Positions 1-14,630 of a stretch of DNA of 64,000 nt are shown here, piece by piece. The DNA lies in NCBI GenBank assembly GCA_964016885.1, contig OZ024755.1:32302001-32366000 (forward strand), given 5' to 3'. This DNA is from Eledone cirrhosa (lineage: Eukaryota). The notes under the pieces are model-generated. The model was given only the letters and a program-made list of their open reading frames with translations. It was not told the DNA's origin and did no database searches. Each line of letters opens with the position of its first letter. Within the stretch, counting starts at the first letter, position 1. Position numbers and translations under genes: made by a program.

Positions 1-123
1 GTATATATATACATGTATATATATATGTGAATATATATATATATATATGTGAATATACATACATATATATATATATATATATGTGTGTGTATATATATAT
101 ATTTATATATATATGTGTGTATA

Positions 124-184
<61 letters not shown>

Positions 185-330
185 ATATATATATATATAT
201 ATGTGTGTATATATATATGTGTATATATATGTATATATATATGTATATATATATATATACATATAAACGTACAAATACTTATATATATATATATGAACAT
301 ACAAACACTTATATATATATACAAATATAT
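1..330. repeat. (TA)n/(TG)n microsatellite
   Basis: Direct observation. Confidence 0.95.
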
Positions 331-1294
331 AAGCATTCATCTATGTATATAGGAACAAACTTTGGAGACACTAGCTCCACAGTTTGTCTAGAACAGGATC
401 TCAGAATAAAACACTATCTAAAAGAAGAGAAAACTCTTTAGCCACGGCAAAATAAGATGTACCCAAGTAATGCTATAAAGTAGGAATGGCGTTTAGCTAT
501 AAAATCTATGGTAAAAAAACTATTTCAAAATATATGTCACACATATACATATGAACATACATGTATATATAGTGTTACTGGTCAAGCTTTTGGCATTGAG
601 TTACTTACAATTTCATATCCTTAGGATATCCATCAGATGAGAAGCATCTATTAGAACTGACAGGCAACATTTTCTTTACATCTTGAAAGAACCCCATTAC
701 AATAACAAAACACTGTATAGTATTTTGGTTCAATCCTCATCTAGTCTCAATGGTAAATGTAATACAGCAAAGAGCTTCCTACATTTGATTCAGAAACATA
801 TTCCTATCTGACACAAATATTCCAAGTTATTCAACTGGCAAAACTTACAAGTTGGCTAAAAATACAAAACTAATATGGGATACCAGTTAGCCATGGTAAA
901 AAACAAACAAACATGACACATACAGAAAATATAACTAGTTTTCACTATTTCTGTGTGTGTTAGATGACAAAGTAGTATTGTGAGTGGCAAGAGATTCAGT
1001 CACATCTACCCTGCAAGCATGGAGAAACATATAAAAATGATAATGATGCAGATGCCAGACAAAGGGTTGGGAGGATTCTCGAGAAGTGTCAAGGTCATGG
1101 GCAACCTCTCTAGTGCTGGTACCATGATAAATGCTCTTGGTAGAATGTGGAACTGTTTGTAAGCAAGCTGCAAACACCCAGCTAGTCTGGGAGGTCAGTA
1201 ACCCTGCTTTATTACAGATTTGGTCTGTGAAGAACCGTCCAAACCTTGCTAGCAGGGAAAGTGGATGTTAAATGATGATGATGATGGTGGTGAT

Positions 1295-1323
1295 AATATA
1301 TATACACACACACATACATATAC

Positions 1324-1355
<32 letters not shown>

Positions 1356-1663
1356 GTATACACACACATATACATATATACATACACGCACAAATACATA
1401 CATATATATATATATATATAAATATATATACACATATATATACATACACACACATATACATATACATATATATATATATATACATACACATATATATATA
1501 TACATATATATATATACATACACATATATATATATACATATATATATATACATACACACACATATACAAACATACACACACATACATATATATATATAAA
1601 TATACATACAAATATATATATACACACACATATACATATATATATATATACATACACATATAT

Positions 1664-1734
<71 letters not shown>

Positions 1735-1815
1735 TATATATAAATGAAAGGTATATATATTCATATATATATATATATATACACGACATACATACATACA
1801 TATATACACATATCA
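1295..1815. repeat. (TA)n/(CA)n microsatellite
   Basis: Direct observation. Confidence 0.95.
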
Positions 1816-1992
1816 TAAATACAGATATAAAAAATATCTTGTACGCAAAAAAAAAATATTTTTTTAAAGAGACTCAATGAAAGGACTCAATACTTGAGTT
1901 TGTAGAGAGAATATTAATTTATTGTGTGATATTTGCCTTACATTTGTACAAGTGTATCAATACATAGGTATATTTTCAAAGGCTCATATATG

Positions 1993-2024
<32 letters not shown>

Positions 2025-3192
2025 AGGGGAGAGAGAGAGTGAGAGAGTGATGGTGAGAGAATTCTGACTGGCCAGAGAGGAAAATATTTTAATTTAACAT
2101 TTAACCAACATTTATCAATATATGTATACACAAACATGTACAATACACCTGTGAGGGCATGTTTATATAAAAATGTGTGTGTGTGCATATAATAGTTGTT
2201 GGTTTACACCTGAAGAGTCTAGTGAGAGTGTGTCAACAGCTTATTTCTCTCTCTCTTTCTCTCTCCCTCTATTGGGTATGGCTAGAAATCTGTGGTATAA
2301 AGATGTGAAGTGAAGTTAAATGGCTGAAGCCAAAAATCTAACTTGTGTCAAGACATTTGGCTTGTCAAGATGCTTACTGTTGCTCTACTGCGATTGTTCA
2401 TACAGACAGGTACACATACATAAACACTGCAATGCACAGATGAGCCTACAAGGAGACTCTCCAAGGTCATTCAATCTACTAAAAAAAGTAGCTCAAACAC
2501 CCCTCAAATCAAATTCTGTCATCTCAAAGAGGGAAGGACACATTGGATAGTGTGGTCTGAAAAATCCTTAAAAAGATAGGATGGTCATGACTGGATTGCT
2601 TTTGATACTAGTTTTTTTTTTTTTCCATATCAAGGTTGATATGGGGCTAGACAACAATAACACAACACACCTGTCTCCTGTGCATTTAACTAGGCCATTT
2701 TCACAGGGGTTTGAGGGGCAGGGGACTTAACTTGAGAATATTGAAATGTTTGCAAAGCAGAAATATTTTTTCTTGTAATATACTTTTAGCTTAAAAAAAA
2801 AAAAAAAAATAGAAAAAAAAAAAAAAACCGACAAAAGAAAAAATGTACTCCACCTCAATCTCAACCAAACAACAACAACAACGTCAACAACAACCATCAA
2901 AGCTAAAGTTAAAGAACATCCAATTTGCCTATGAAATGTATGAAAATAGAAAGGCAGGCATATAGTTCTGAACTGTGCTGTAATGGTGGGGAACCAAATT
3001 ATCAAAATAATCTGGTCTTTACACAACTATTTTCCTTCACACATACATTTCTTTCCCTTTTCTTTGCTTACAACATTTAATCTGATATTTATATCCACTT
3101 TTGGCCTGATGATCAGAGAGAGAGAGAAAACTTACATCTGGGAATTTACATTTATAGATATATTTTTATGTATTACAGGCACTATATTGATG

Positions 3193-3194
<2 letters not shown>

Positions 3195-3254
<60 letters not shown>

Positions 3255-3721
3255 AATAAATATATATAATATATAGTATATATGTACATATATATATATA
3301 AGAAATATATATAATAATATACACTATATATATATATGTATATATATATATAATAAAATATGTATATATATATGTGTATATATATAAATATATAATACAG
3401 GTATATATATAAATATCTATATATCTATATATATATACAAAATATTTTTGATTGGTTAGCATACATATGTATATACATATATAAATACATGCATATTTAT
3501 ACATCCTTATACCCAGAAACTTAAGCTTATTATAATCAGCCAGGTATGCATTCAAGCTTACAAACATACACACATATGCATTCATAATATGCTGATCAGA
3601 ATGTTATTAAGCATCCTTTCTTATATATATATATATATATATACACATATATACATACACATATATATATATACAATATATATATATACATACATATATA
3701 CATACATATATATATACATAC

Positions 3722-3754
<33 letters not shown>

Positions 3755-3840
3755 CATATATATACATACATATATATATATATATACATATATATATACA
3801 TACATATATATATATATACATACATATATATACATATGTT
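3195..3840. repeat. (TA)n-rich microsatellite region
   Basis: Direct observation. Confidence 0.9.
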
Positions 3841-5242
3841 TTTCTTTTTTAATAAATAATTTTCTTTGAAATTAATTTTCACTTTTCTAAATATTTTGAA
3901 CATGCACACTCTTAAGTAGGCAAAGTATAATATTTTCAGAGCTGTAAAAAAAAATCTTGAGTCAACATTACAATTAATAATACTAGTAACATTAACTAAA
4001 AAAAAAAGAAAAAAAAAAAGGTCAACAAAACAAATATAAGTTTGTGAGACAATTTTGGTTGGAAGGAACCAAAAGTCCTAAGAAAACAAAATATTCCAGT
4101 TCCAAACGATGGGTTTTTTTTCATTCACTTAGAGGCATAAATATTCTTAGTTTAGTGAGCTCAATGCAGTGTATATATATATTTTTTAAAGGTCTTTTTC
4201 TTATAAGTTTCTTTTCATCTTCAGAGAAAATTGTTGGAGATAATTTAGAGAACATAATTTAGTAAATTAAATTAATGAAATGATAATTATGATGATGATT
4301 ATGAAAATGATAATAATAAAAATAATAATAATAATAATAGTGATGATTTCTATTTTAGGCACAAGGCCAGTAACTTGAGGGAAGGATGAAAGGCAAAGTT
4401 GAGCTTGGTGGGATTTGAACTCAGAATGTAAAGATCTGGAAGAAATATGAGAAAGCATTTTGTCTGAGACTTTAATGATTCTGCCAATCCACCACCACCA
4501 CCACCACCACAATACGAATAATAACAACAATAATAATAATAATTGTTTCTAGTTTAGGCACAAGGCCAGCAATTTGAAGGGGAGGGGAAAGTCCATTAAA
4601 TCGACCCCAGAGCATTACTGGTACTTTATTTTATCAAGGATGAAAGGCAAAGCTAACCTTGGTGAGATTAGAATTTAGAATGTAAAGGGCCCTAACATGC
4701 CAGTAAGCATGTTGTCCGACGCTCTACCAATACTGCCAATCCACCGCCCTAACAACAACAATAATAATAATTCTTCAAGAGGATGGAATCTCAATGATAG
4801 AGTACCAGGCATTCATTGGTATAAACAAAATAATGATCATTTGTGGTTGACCATCTGTCCTTTCTGACCAGATTTCCAGTTGATTCTATCAATGGAACTG
4901 CCTGCTCATGAAATTAACATGTGACTCAGCATTCCAGAGATACATGCACCTTTAACGTAGTTCTCAGGGAGATCCAGCATGACACAATATGTGATAAAGC
5001 TGGCCCTTTGAAGTACATGTACAAAACACATTTTTGCCAGCTGTGTGAAGTGGAACAATGAAATAAAGTGTTTTGCCCAATGACGCAATGAGCCACCCAA
5101 TCCAGGAATTGAACTCACAACCTCACGATCATGAGCCATACACCCTAACCACTATGCCACATGCCTTCATAATAACTGTAATATGGGATTAACCTCTTCA
5201 GTGCCTCAGATGAGATAACTTGTCCAAACATGTTTGAACTCC

Positions 5243-5340
5243 TTTCCAACAGTTCATAACTTCAAAGTTATGAACTTGTTTCCAACAGTTCATAACTTGA
5301 AAGTTATGAACTCGTTTCCAACAGTTCATAACTTCAAAGC
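5243..5340. repeat. 36-bp tandem repeat x~2.7 with a palindromic unit
   Basis: TTTCCAAC at 5243, 5279, 5315; unit contains AGTTCATAACTT-CA-AAGTTATGAACT. Confidence 0.85.
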
Positions 5341-6002
5341 TAGATGGTGTTACTAGTTTACTGATGTGATGTTTGTCAATCAAAATAGTCATTTTACTGG
5401 AAAAAACCCTGGCACAGCAACTGTAGCTGTGTAAAATATAGACGGCAGTCAACAGGTTAATATTCAGAATAACTTCATGCTCCTATCCTGTGGTGGGGAA
5501 ACAGTCTGTGTTCTAGAAACTAATATAATAATTGTAGTTGTAGTGTTGGTATTACTATTACTACTACTGGTTTCTAATTTAGGCACAAAGCCAGCAATTT
5601 TGAGGGGAAAGGAATGTTGATTAAATCGACTCCCATACTTGACTGGTATTTTAATTTATCTACCCTGGAAGGATAATTCAGTATAATTTGAACTCAGAAA
5701 GTAATTAGCTACAACCAAACACCACAAGGTATTTTGTGTAACACTCTAGACACTCTAATATTTCAACCAATCCACTGCCCAGAAATTTGGGGGATGAGGT
5801 ATAGTCGATTATATTGACCCCAGTATTTAACTGGTAATTTATCTTATCGATCATGGAAAGATGAAAGGCAAAACTGACCTCCGCATGATTTGAACTCAAA
5901 ACATAAAAGAACCAGAACAAATATTGCTAAGCATTTTGTGTGACACTCTAGCGATTTTGCCAATATACCATAATTATGATGATGATGATGATGATGAAGA
6001 GG

Positions 6003-6034
<32 letters not shown>

Positions 6035-6526
6035 TTATAAATAATAATTTGAAAATCTGTTTGTATTGTTTTTGTAAAGCTGCTACAATACATATAAACT
6101 ATAAAATTGTTGAATAAGTCAGGTAAATTACCCTTGGAAACAAAAAAAAAAAAACAACATGGTAGAGTCAGCTACAGGATCTGACCATGTATATGTTGTA
6201 TACATGAAATTTACCAGTCTTATTCAAATATTTTAAAGTTCATATACATTGTGGTGGCTTTTCAACAGAGAAAAAAAAAACAAAAACAAATTAAATTTAA
6301 AAAATGACAAAAAAGAAAGCGCACAGATTTTTGTGAATGTATCATTGTTGATAAATAATAATAATAATAATTGCAATGATAAAAATGAAAAAAAGATGAT
6401 GATAATTATAAATGAAATTAACGATGTTCAGAGAAAAGATGTTTGATAAAACGATGAAATATGCAGAATAAAGTGTGTTTTGTAAGTTATTTAATCAGCT
6501 TCAGTGTAAATGTTGTCTTTTAAAGT

Positions 6527-6968
6527 TTAACCCTTTAGCATTTAAACTGGCCGTATCTGGTCAGAATTCTCTCACCTCTTTCTGCTAAAACTGGCTGTAA
6601 CTGGCCACTCATACTGATGTTAAGGTATTGTTCTCAAAATAAATAATATCAAAATCTCATAGATTTGATATTATGTGAGAATTATATAAGGTGGAGCCTT
6701 TACCACAAAATTACAATAGTAAATATAGAGTAATGTAAATGTTAAAAGGTTAAAGTTTAACCCTTTAGCATTTAAACTGGCCGTATCTGGTCAAAATTCT
6801 CTCACCTCTTTCTGTTCAAACTGGCCATAGCCGGCAGCTTATACTTATGTTAAGGTATTGTTCTCAAAATAGAAAATATCAAAATCTTGTAGATTCGATA
6901 TTATGTGAGATAAAGCCTTTACCATGAAAATATAATAGTAAATATATATGTAAATGCTAAAGGGTTAA
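6527..6968 (+). mobile_element. Two tandem copies of the ~220-bp TTAA (piggyBac-type) MITE
   Basis: TTAA|CCCTTTAGCATTTA ... TAAATGCTAAAGGG|TTAA; copies 6527-6753 and 6757-6968. Confidence 0.88.
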
Positions 6969-7214
6969 AGCTACATTTTTGATAACATTCAATAGAGATG
7001 GCAGTCCATAAAGACAGAAATAAAACAAAACAAAACAAAAAAGGTATGAAAAAGAACAAAATAAAGAAAATGTAGTAACTATTTTGCACATTTAAAATAT
7101 GTAACGAGTTTTTAATATAATTAAGTCTGTTTATTGTTAAATATATGTAACCAAATATAATCAACATATTTAACTAGTCTAGTCGACACTTAGTGATATG
7201 TTTACTGACTAATT

Positions 7215-7610
7215 TAAGCATATGTACATATATGTGCATATATGAATATATACATACATATATACATATATATATACTTATATACAAACATATATATATT
7301 TATATACATACATATATATACTTATATACATACATATATATATTTATATACATACATATATATATTTATATACATACATATATATATTTATATACATATA
7401 TACATACATATATATATTTATATACATACATATATATATTTATATACATATATACATACATATATATGTATATACATAGATATATATACTTATATATATA
7501 CACATATATATATACATATATATATATATACGTATATATATATATACACATATATATACTTATATATATATATATACATATATACTTATATATATATACA
7601 CATATATATA

Positions 7611-7673
<63 letters not shown>

Positions 7674-7700
7674 ATATACTTATATATATATATATATACA
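7215..7700. repeat. (TA)n/(TACA)n microsatellite
   Basis: Direct observation. Confidence 0.95.
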
Positions 7701-8044
7701 CTGAGAGTGAAAGAAAATTACAAAACTTGAAGAAGTTATTTATAAGACAACTAAATGGTGAAATTTCAAACAATGCAGCTTCTGAAAATGTCATTGGATG
7801 GCATCATATTGTGAAATATAATTTACTATCTTTAGAACATATGTGTATAAATATAGAAACTTTAATTTTTTTCACTTACAATTATATATTTTCAAAGTTG
7901 TTTTTTTTCTTTTCTTTTAATTCCAAACAAAATGGTCTGGTTTGCTCTTAATTATACCTTTTAATTTTTTGGAAAATTCAATCTGAGAAAAATGACATTA
8001 TATATGTATGAATATATATATATATATATGATATAGAAGAGCTT

Positions 8045-8113
8045 CTACAGGACTAGAACTGTTTCATTCATGAGAAATCATTTCTCATGAATGAAACAGT
8101 TCTAGTCCTGTAG
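8045..8113. repeat. Perfect palindrome (~34-bp arms) between (TA)n tracts
   Basis: CTACAGGACTAGAACTGTTTCATTCATGAGAAAT-C-ATTTCTCATGAATGAAACAGTTCTAGTCCTGTAG. Confidence 0.85.
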
Positions 8114-8196
8114 GTGTTCTATATTAAAACATTTATACTCTGCTATGTATTGAGTACCTTACTTACTGAGGTTACCTCCGATTCAACCCGGAATAA

Positions 8197-8232
<36 letters not shown>

Positions 8233-8340
8233 ATATATATGATATATATATATATATATATATGATATATATATTATATATATATGATATATATATATAT
8301 ATATATATGATATATATATTATATATATATGATATATATA

Positions 8341-8377
<37 letters not shown>

Positions 8378-9110
8378 ATATATATTATATATATGATATA
8401 TATATATATATATGAAACCATTAAACATTAAAACTATATATATACTCACATACATATATTTATGCTGTTTGACTGTGAATTTATTCTTAATTTCTTCAAA
8501 TTATCTCCTTATCTCTTTAAAGTATTCTAACAACTGTCAAAAGGATTTTGCTTTTCTTCTCTCTCTAAGAACACAATAGTATTCAGTACACCTGTCCATA
8601 ACTAGCATTCAGCACACCTGTCCATAACTTAAGTGTTTAAATTCAAACCTTTTCAGTTATTTTTTCTCTTAGTTCTTAGTATTAATTGTGTAAATTCTTG
8701 TATATGTTAATTTATCTTACACTAATGAGAGGCAAGAAGGTCTGTGCTATACTGAAGAGCACATACATCCGTCACCTCTGAAACATAGATAAAATTGTTC
8801 TTTACTTTCAACATATTAATTCAACCATGAATTGATTCTTAATTCCTTGAAATTATCCCCTCTTCTCCTTCAGAGTTGCCAATAGTTACTGCTAGGCTTT
8901 TGAGTTCTCTGTCTGGGAGCATAATTTATCATTTATGTGTATATGTGTGTGCATACATGTTATTTTACTGGTATTAACTTATGAATATGTGAGAGTTCAT
9001 GAGGAAATTTACACTGAATCGTATAGGAGCTCCCACTGTTATTTTTTTTGCTGCTTAGAACTTAATGCGAACAATAGTGACTGCAACTTTCAATACACAT
9101 CCTTGGAAAT

Positions 9111-9319
9111 CTTTAGCATTTAAACTAGTCATATCTGGCCAGAATTCTCTCACCTTTTTCTATTCAAATTGGCTGTAACTGGCCACTCACACCGACATTA
9201 AGGTATTGTTCTCAAAATGAGTAATATCAAAATCTCATAGATTAGATATCATGTGAGATAAAGTGTTTACCATGAAAATATAATTGTAAATATAGAATAA
9301 TGTAAATGTTAAAGGGTTA
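9111..9319 (+). mobile_element. TTAA MITE copy (left end eroded)
   Basis: Same body: GGCCAGAATTCTCTCACC...TTAAGGTATTGTTCTCAAAAT...AAAGGGTTA. Confidence 0.8.
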
Positions 9320-9680
9320 TGTAACATGTCAGGATAATTCTGTAATTATCTACTGAAGTGTTACAGTTAACATGCAAGAGTGAAGGCGGCTAATAAGATG
9401 GTATATTTAGGGTTGTTTGTATATTGTCAGTGTTATTATAGTTTTCGTTTGTCCTAGTTGACATGGTTTATATCTCCCCTAGTTGGCTCAAATGATATCT
9501 GACAGCCTTGATTTCAGTTTTACTTTAGACTGGTTTGTTATTATAGATTACATGTCAATAAATAATGGTGATGATGTTAAAGTCTATAAGGGATATAACA
9601 GAACTCTACTTCAGTCATGCTGTTGTTAATACTGTCTATAGAAATTCTAAAGTCTAAAGTCTATTTTAATCCAGAAGTCT

Positions 9681-11370
9681 CATCCAGGTTTCATGGCGTG
9701 AAGCGACTGAGAGTGAAAGACATCCCTCTGGACAGGATGCCGGTCCATTGCAGGGTTAAACCCCCAGCTATTGCTGGTACTCATTTTCAGCTGAGTATAC
9801 TGGAGCTCCCAGTTTCCTTAACATTAAGCGACTGAGAGTGAAAGACTTCCCTCTGGACAGGATGCCGGTCCATTGCAGGGTTAAACCCCCAGCTATTGCT
9901 GGTACTCATTTTCAGCTGAGTATACTGGAGCTCCCAGTTTCCTTAACATTAAGCGACTGAGAGTGAAAGACTTCCCTCTGGACAGGATGCCGGTCCATTG
10001 CAGGGTTAAACCCCCAGCTATTGCTGGTACTCATTTTCAGCTGAGTATACTGGAGCTCCCAGTTTCCTTAACATTAAGCGACTGAGAGTGAAAGACTTCC
10101 CTCTGGACAGGATGCCGGTCCATTGCAGGGTTAAACCCCCAGCTATTGCTGGTACTCATTTTCAGCTGAGTATACTGGAGCTCCCAGTTTCCTTAACATT
10201 AAGCGACTGAGAGTGAAAGACTTCCCCCTGGACAGGATGCCGGTCCATTGCAGGGTTAAACCCCCAGCTATTGCTGGTACTCATTTTCAGCTGAGTATAC
10301 TGGAGCTCCCAGTTTCCTTAACATTAAGCGACTGAGAGTGAAAGACTTCCCTCTGGACAGGATGCCGGTCCATTGCAGGGTTAAACCCCCAGCTATTGCT
10401 GGTACTCATTTTCAGCTGAGTATACTGGAGCTCCCAGTTTCCTTAACATTAAGCGACTGAGAGTGAAAGACTTCCCTCTGGACAGGATGCCGGTCCATTG
10501 CAGGGTTAAACCCCCAGCTATTGCTGGTACTCATTTTCAGCTGAGTATACTGGAGCTCCCAGTTTCCTTAACATTAAGCGACTGAGAGTGAAAGACTTCC
10601 CCCTGGACAGGATGCCGGTCCATTGCAGGGTTAAACCCCCAGCTATTGCTGGTACTCATTTTCAGCTGAGTATACTGGAGCTCCCAGTTTCCTTAACATT
10701 AAGCGACTGAGAGTGAAAGACTTCCCTCTGGACAGGATGCCGGTCCATTGCAGGGTTAAACCCCCAGCTATTGCTGGTACTCATTTTCAGCTGAGTATAC
10801 TGGAGCTCCCAGTTTCCTTAACATTAAGCGACTGAGAGTGAAAGACTTCCCCCTGGACAGGATGCCGGTCCATTGCAGGGTTAAACCCCCAGCTATTGCT
10901 GGTACTCATTTTCAGCTGAGTATACTGGAGCTCCCAGTTTCCTTAACATTAAGTGACTGAGAGTGAAAGACTTCCCCCTGGACAGGATGCCGGTCCATTG
11001 CAGGTCTGAACCCCCAGTTATTGCTGGTACTCATTTTCAGCTGAGTATACTGGAGCTCCCAGTTTCCTTAACATTAAGCGACTGAGAGTGAAAGACTTCC
11101 CCCTGGACAGGATGCCGGTCCATTGCAGGTCTGAACCCCCAGTTATTGCTGGTACTCATTTTCAGCTGAGTATACTGGAGCTCCCAGTTTCCTTAACATT
11201 AAGCGACTGAGAGTGAAAGACTTCCCCCTGGACAGGATGCCGGTCCATTGCAGGTCTGAACCCCCAGTTATTGCTGGTACTCATTTTCAGCTGAGTATAC
11301 TGAAACAACGTGAAATGAAGTGTTTGTCTCAAGAACACAACACGCAACCCAGCCCAGGAATCGAGCCTGA
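9681..11370 (-). repeat. 125-bp tandem array (~13 copies) derived from the body of a SINE
   Basis: TGGAG recurs at 9801, 9926, 10051 ... 11176; at 11301 the array runs into the SINE segment GTGAAATGAAGTGTTTGTCTCAAGAACACAAC, homologous to family-B SINEs. Confidence 0.93.
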
Positions 11371-11803
11371 ACCCATGATGTATAAAAGTTGACCACATCA
11401 AATTGGATTCAGATGTTACTGCTTTACTAATTACCGTCTCTTATTGTAAATTTATATATCTACTTTGTTACTGTCCACACTAGTAGAACTACATGTTTGT
11501 GTTGTTGTGTAAATAGTTGTCTACATGAGATGACTGCAATAGAAATATATATGAATTAGTGTTTCTGTGACTGATAACATAAACTGATTTGGCCCAAAGG
11601 TACTTCTCCAAGATGGCAGTATTATGGATAATATTTATGGATCTTGATCGGTTATATACAATTATATAGTGTGATAGAACTGTTATTATTATTTCCAATT
11701 ATCCAAAGACATTATTATTATTATTATTATTGTTATTGTTAGTGTCTAGCCAATAGTAGCATTCTATATGATTTAATCAAGGCAAAACACATATGCACAT
11801 ACA

Positions 11804-11861
<58 letters not shown>

Positions 11862-11929
11862 GTACAAGCATATATTATATATACATACATACACACACAC
11901 ACTTATATATATACACAGACACACACGCA

Positions 11930-11971
<42 letters not shown>

Positions 11972-12262
11972 TATATATAGATACATAAATATATATATAG
12001 ATAGATACATATATATAGATAGATACATATATATATATATATATATAAATAAATATATACATACATACACACACATATATATATATACATACAAATAAAT
12101 ATATATATAGACACATAAATATATATATAGATAGATACATATATAACAAAAAAGAGACGAGAGGTTGTGGAGAGAGTGACTGTCTCTATAACCCAGTCAA
12201 GGGAGGGGGGGGGCGCAGACCTTACACCCCAGTCTAGGGATGGAAGGACAGTCTCTAAACCC

Positions 12263-12337
<75 letters not shown>

Positions 12338-12340
<3 letters not shown>

Positions 12341-12643
12341 AAAGTTATATTTAAATTGTTGGGTTAACAACGAGTAAATATTTATAACTGATATAAAAGC
12401 ACTCAACAAGTATTTGGAGTATATTTATGATATTAAATAAATGGAAACTATATTTATAAAACCATATTTATTTCGTTATATATATTTCAGGGATATCATA
12501 TTAACAATATGTTATGCCATCTTCAGACAAATTTATATTGTATTTTGTCTGAAGATGGCATAACATATTGTTAATATGATATCCCTGAAATATATATAAC
12601 GAAATAAATATGGTTTTATAAATATAGTTTCCATTTATTTAAT

Positions 12644-12648
<5 letters not shown>
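12338..12648. mobile_element. Short Penelope-like (pseudo-LTR) fold-back element within (TA)n
   Basis: 105-bp inverted arms 12427-12531 / 12544-12648, each with a hammerhead; leader 12338-12410 homologous to 14631-14700; (TA)n on both sides. Confidence 0.6.
12541..12606 (+). ncRNA. Minimal type I hammerhead ribozyme motif (Penelope/retrozyme-like); a mirror copy lies on the minus strand at ~12469-12531
   Basis: TATTTTGT-CTGAAGA-stem II (TGGCATAACATATT/AATATGATATCCCT)-GAAA-TATATA-T-A-ACGAAATA; stem I pairs 8 bp; palindromic helix III. Confidence 0.7.
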
Positions 12649-12687
<39 letters not shown>

Positions 12688-13377
12688 TATATATACATAC
12701 ACACACACACACATATATATATATACATATATACACATATAAATATATATATATATATATACACATATAAATATATATATATATATATACACATATAAAT
12801 ATATATATAGCTATATATATATATACATATATATACATATATAAATATGTATAGAGAGCGAGAGAGGGAAAGAAATGGTTAGAGAGACATGATCCTCACA
12901 AGGCACATTTTAATTTATCTAATTGTGGCATCCATTCAGTGGAGATTCTCTACAACTAATTAGACATTTGTTGAGGCAATAAACATGGAATTAATAAATG
13001 AAAAGAATGAATCCTGAATATATCCTGACAAAGAAAATGTGTGTAGATTTATTTGTCTTACAGTAAACTTATACTTATATATATGTATATGTATATATAT
13101 ATATATGTATATATGTAAAGGTATATGTATATGTATATATATGTATATATGTATGTATATATATGTATATATATATATATGTATATGTATATATATGTAT
13201 ATATGTATATGTATATATATATATATGTATATGTATATATATATGTATATGTATATATGTATATATATATGTATATGTATATATATATGTATATATATAT
13301 ATGTATATATATATGTATATGTATATATATATATGTATATATATATATATGTATATATATATATGTATATGTATATA

Positions 13378-13552
<175 letters not shown>

Positions 13553-13595
13553 ATACTTATATATATATACATTACATATGTATATATATATATAT

Positions 13596-13627
<32 letters not shown>

Positions 13628-14480
13628 CAACTAGAAATTGATTGACATATATATATATATCTAAAATAAATACATATATATATATATATATATATATAGT
13701 AATACAATAAAACCCTTGGTAATGAATCTCAGTCCTTATTTCACCAATTAAAAATATATATTTAGGGAATATTTTATTCATAGCCTCAATGCTAAAAGCC
13801 TACATGCAAATACTCTCATTAAAATTTAATAAAAGACAAATTCTCAATAAAAATATAAGCTTTTTTTTAAATGAAATTTTCCAGAGATACCTTTTAAAAA
13901 GGTTTAGGTTATAATTCTGTTGATGAAAGTTAAAAGAAAAGATTTTGTTTTTGTTTGTAATTCCTAATTGTAGAAATGACATTACATTACACTATTTTAT
14001 AGAATATCTGTGACATTCTCCTGATTAGCATTATTCATTAACATGAAATTAGAAGGCATGAAAAAAAAATGTTCATAATTAAATTTAGCCTACTACAAAC
14101 ACAAACCAAAACTATTCTATAAATGAAAGTATTAATAAACACAACTATACTATATTACTATACTATATATAACTATACTATATTGAAAGTATTGAACAAA
14201 AAAATGAATTAATTTTATTCTTATTTCAACACAATCATGGAAAATGCATTTCTGCAAAATTTCATTAAAATATTGTAGTTATGAAAAAATAAATTTATGG
14301 TGGAGAATAAACTAAACTATAGTTATGTATTGTTATGTTATGCTTTCATTTGATATTTTCATAATAGTTCATTGACAGGATTTTATCTGATACTAAATTT
14401 ATATTTATGGAGAAGTGTTCATTATCTTGACCTTCATTTGCCCATATGTTCATTACCAAAGGCTCCATAGTATGTGTATG

Positions 14481-14627
<147 letters not shown>

Positions 14628-14630
14628 GTA

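Noticed and set aside
2200-2302. Hammerhead candidate (CTGAAGA at 2210 ... GAAA at 2285)
   Set aside because: Helix II is interrupted by a (CT)n run, pairing is poor, and the cleavage position would be G.
5243-5340. Mini CRISPR (36-bp palindromic repeats)
   Set aside because: Repeats are directly adjacent with no spacers.
9681-11301. CRISPR-like array or tandem RNA genes (5S/tRNA-sized unit)
   Set aside because: No spacers. The unit is continuous with a SINE body and shows no 5S or tRNA structure.
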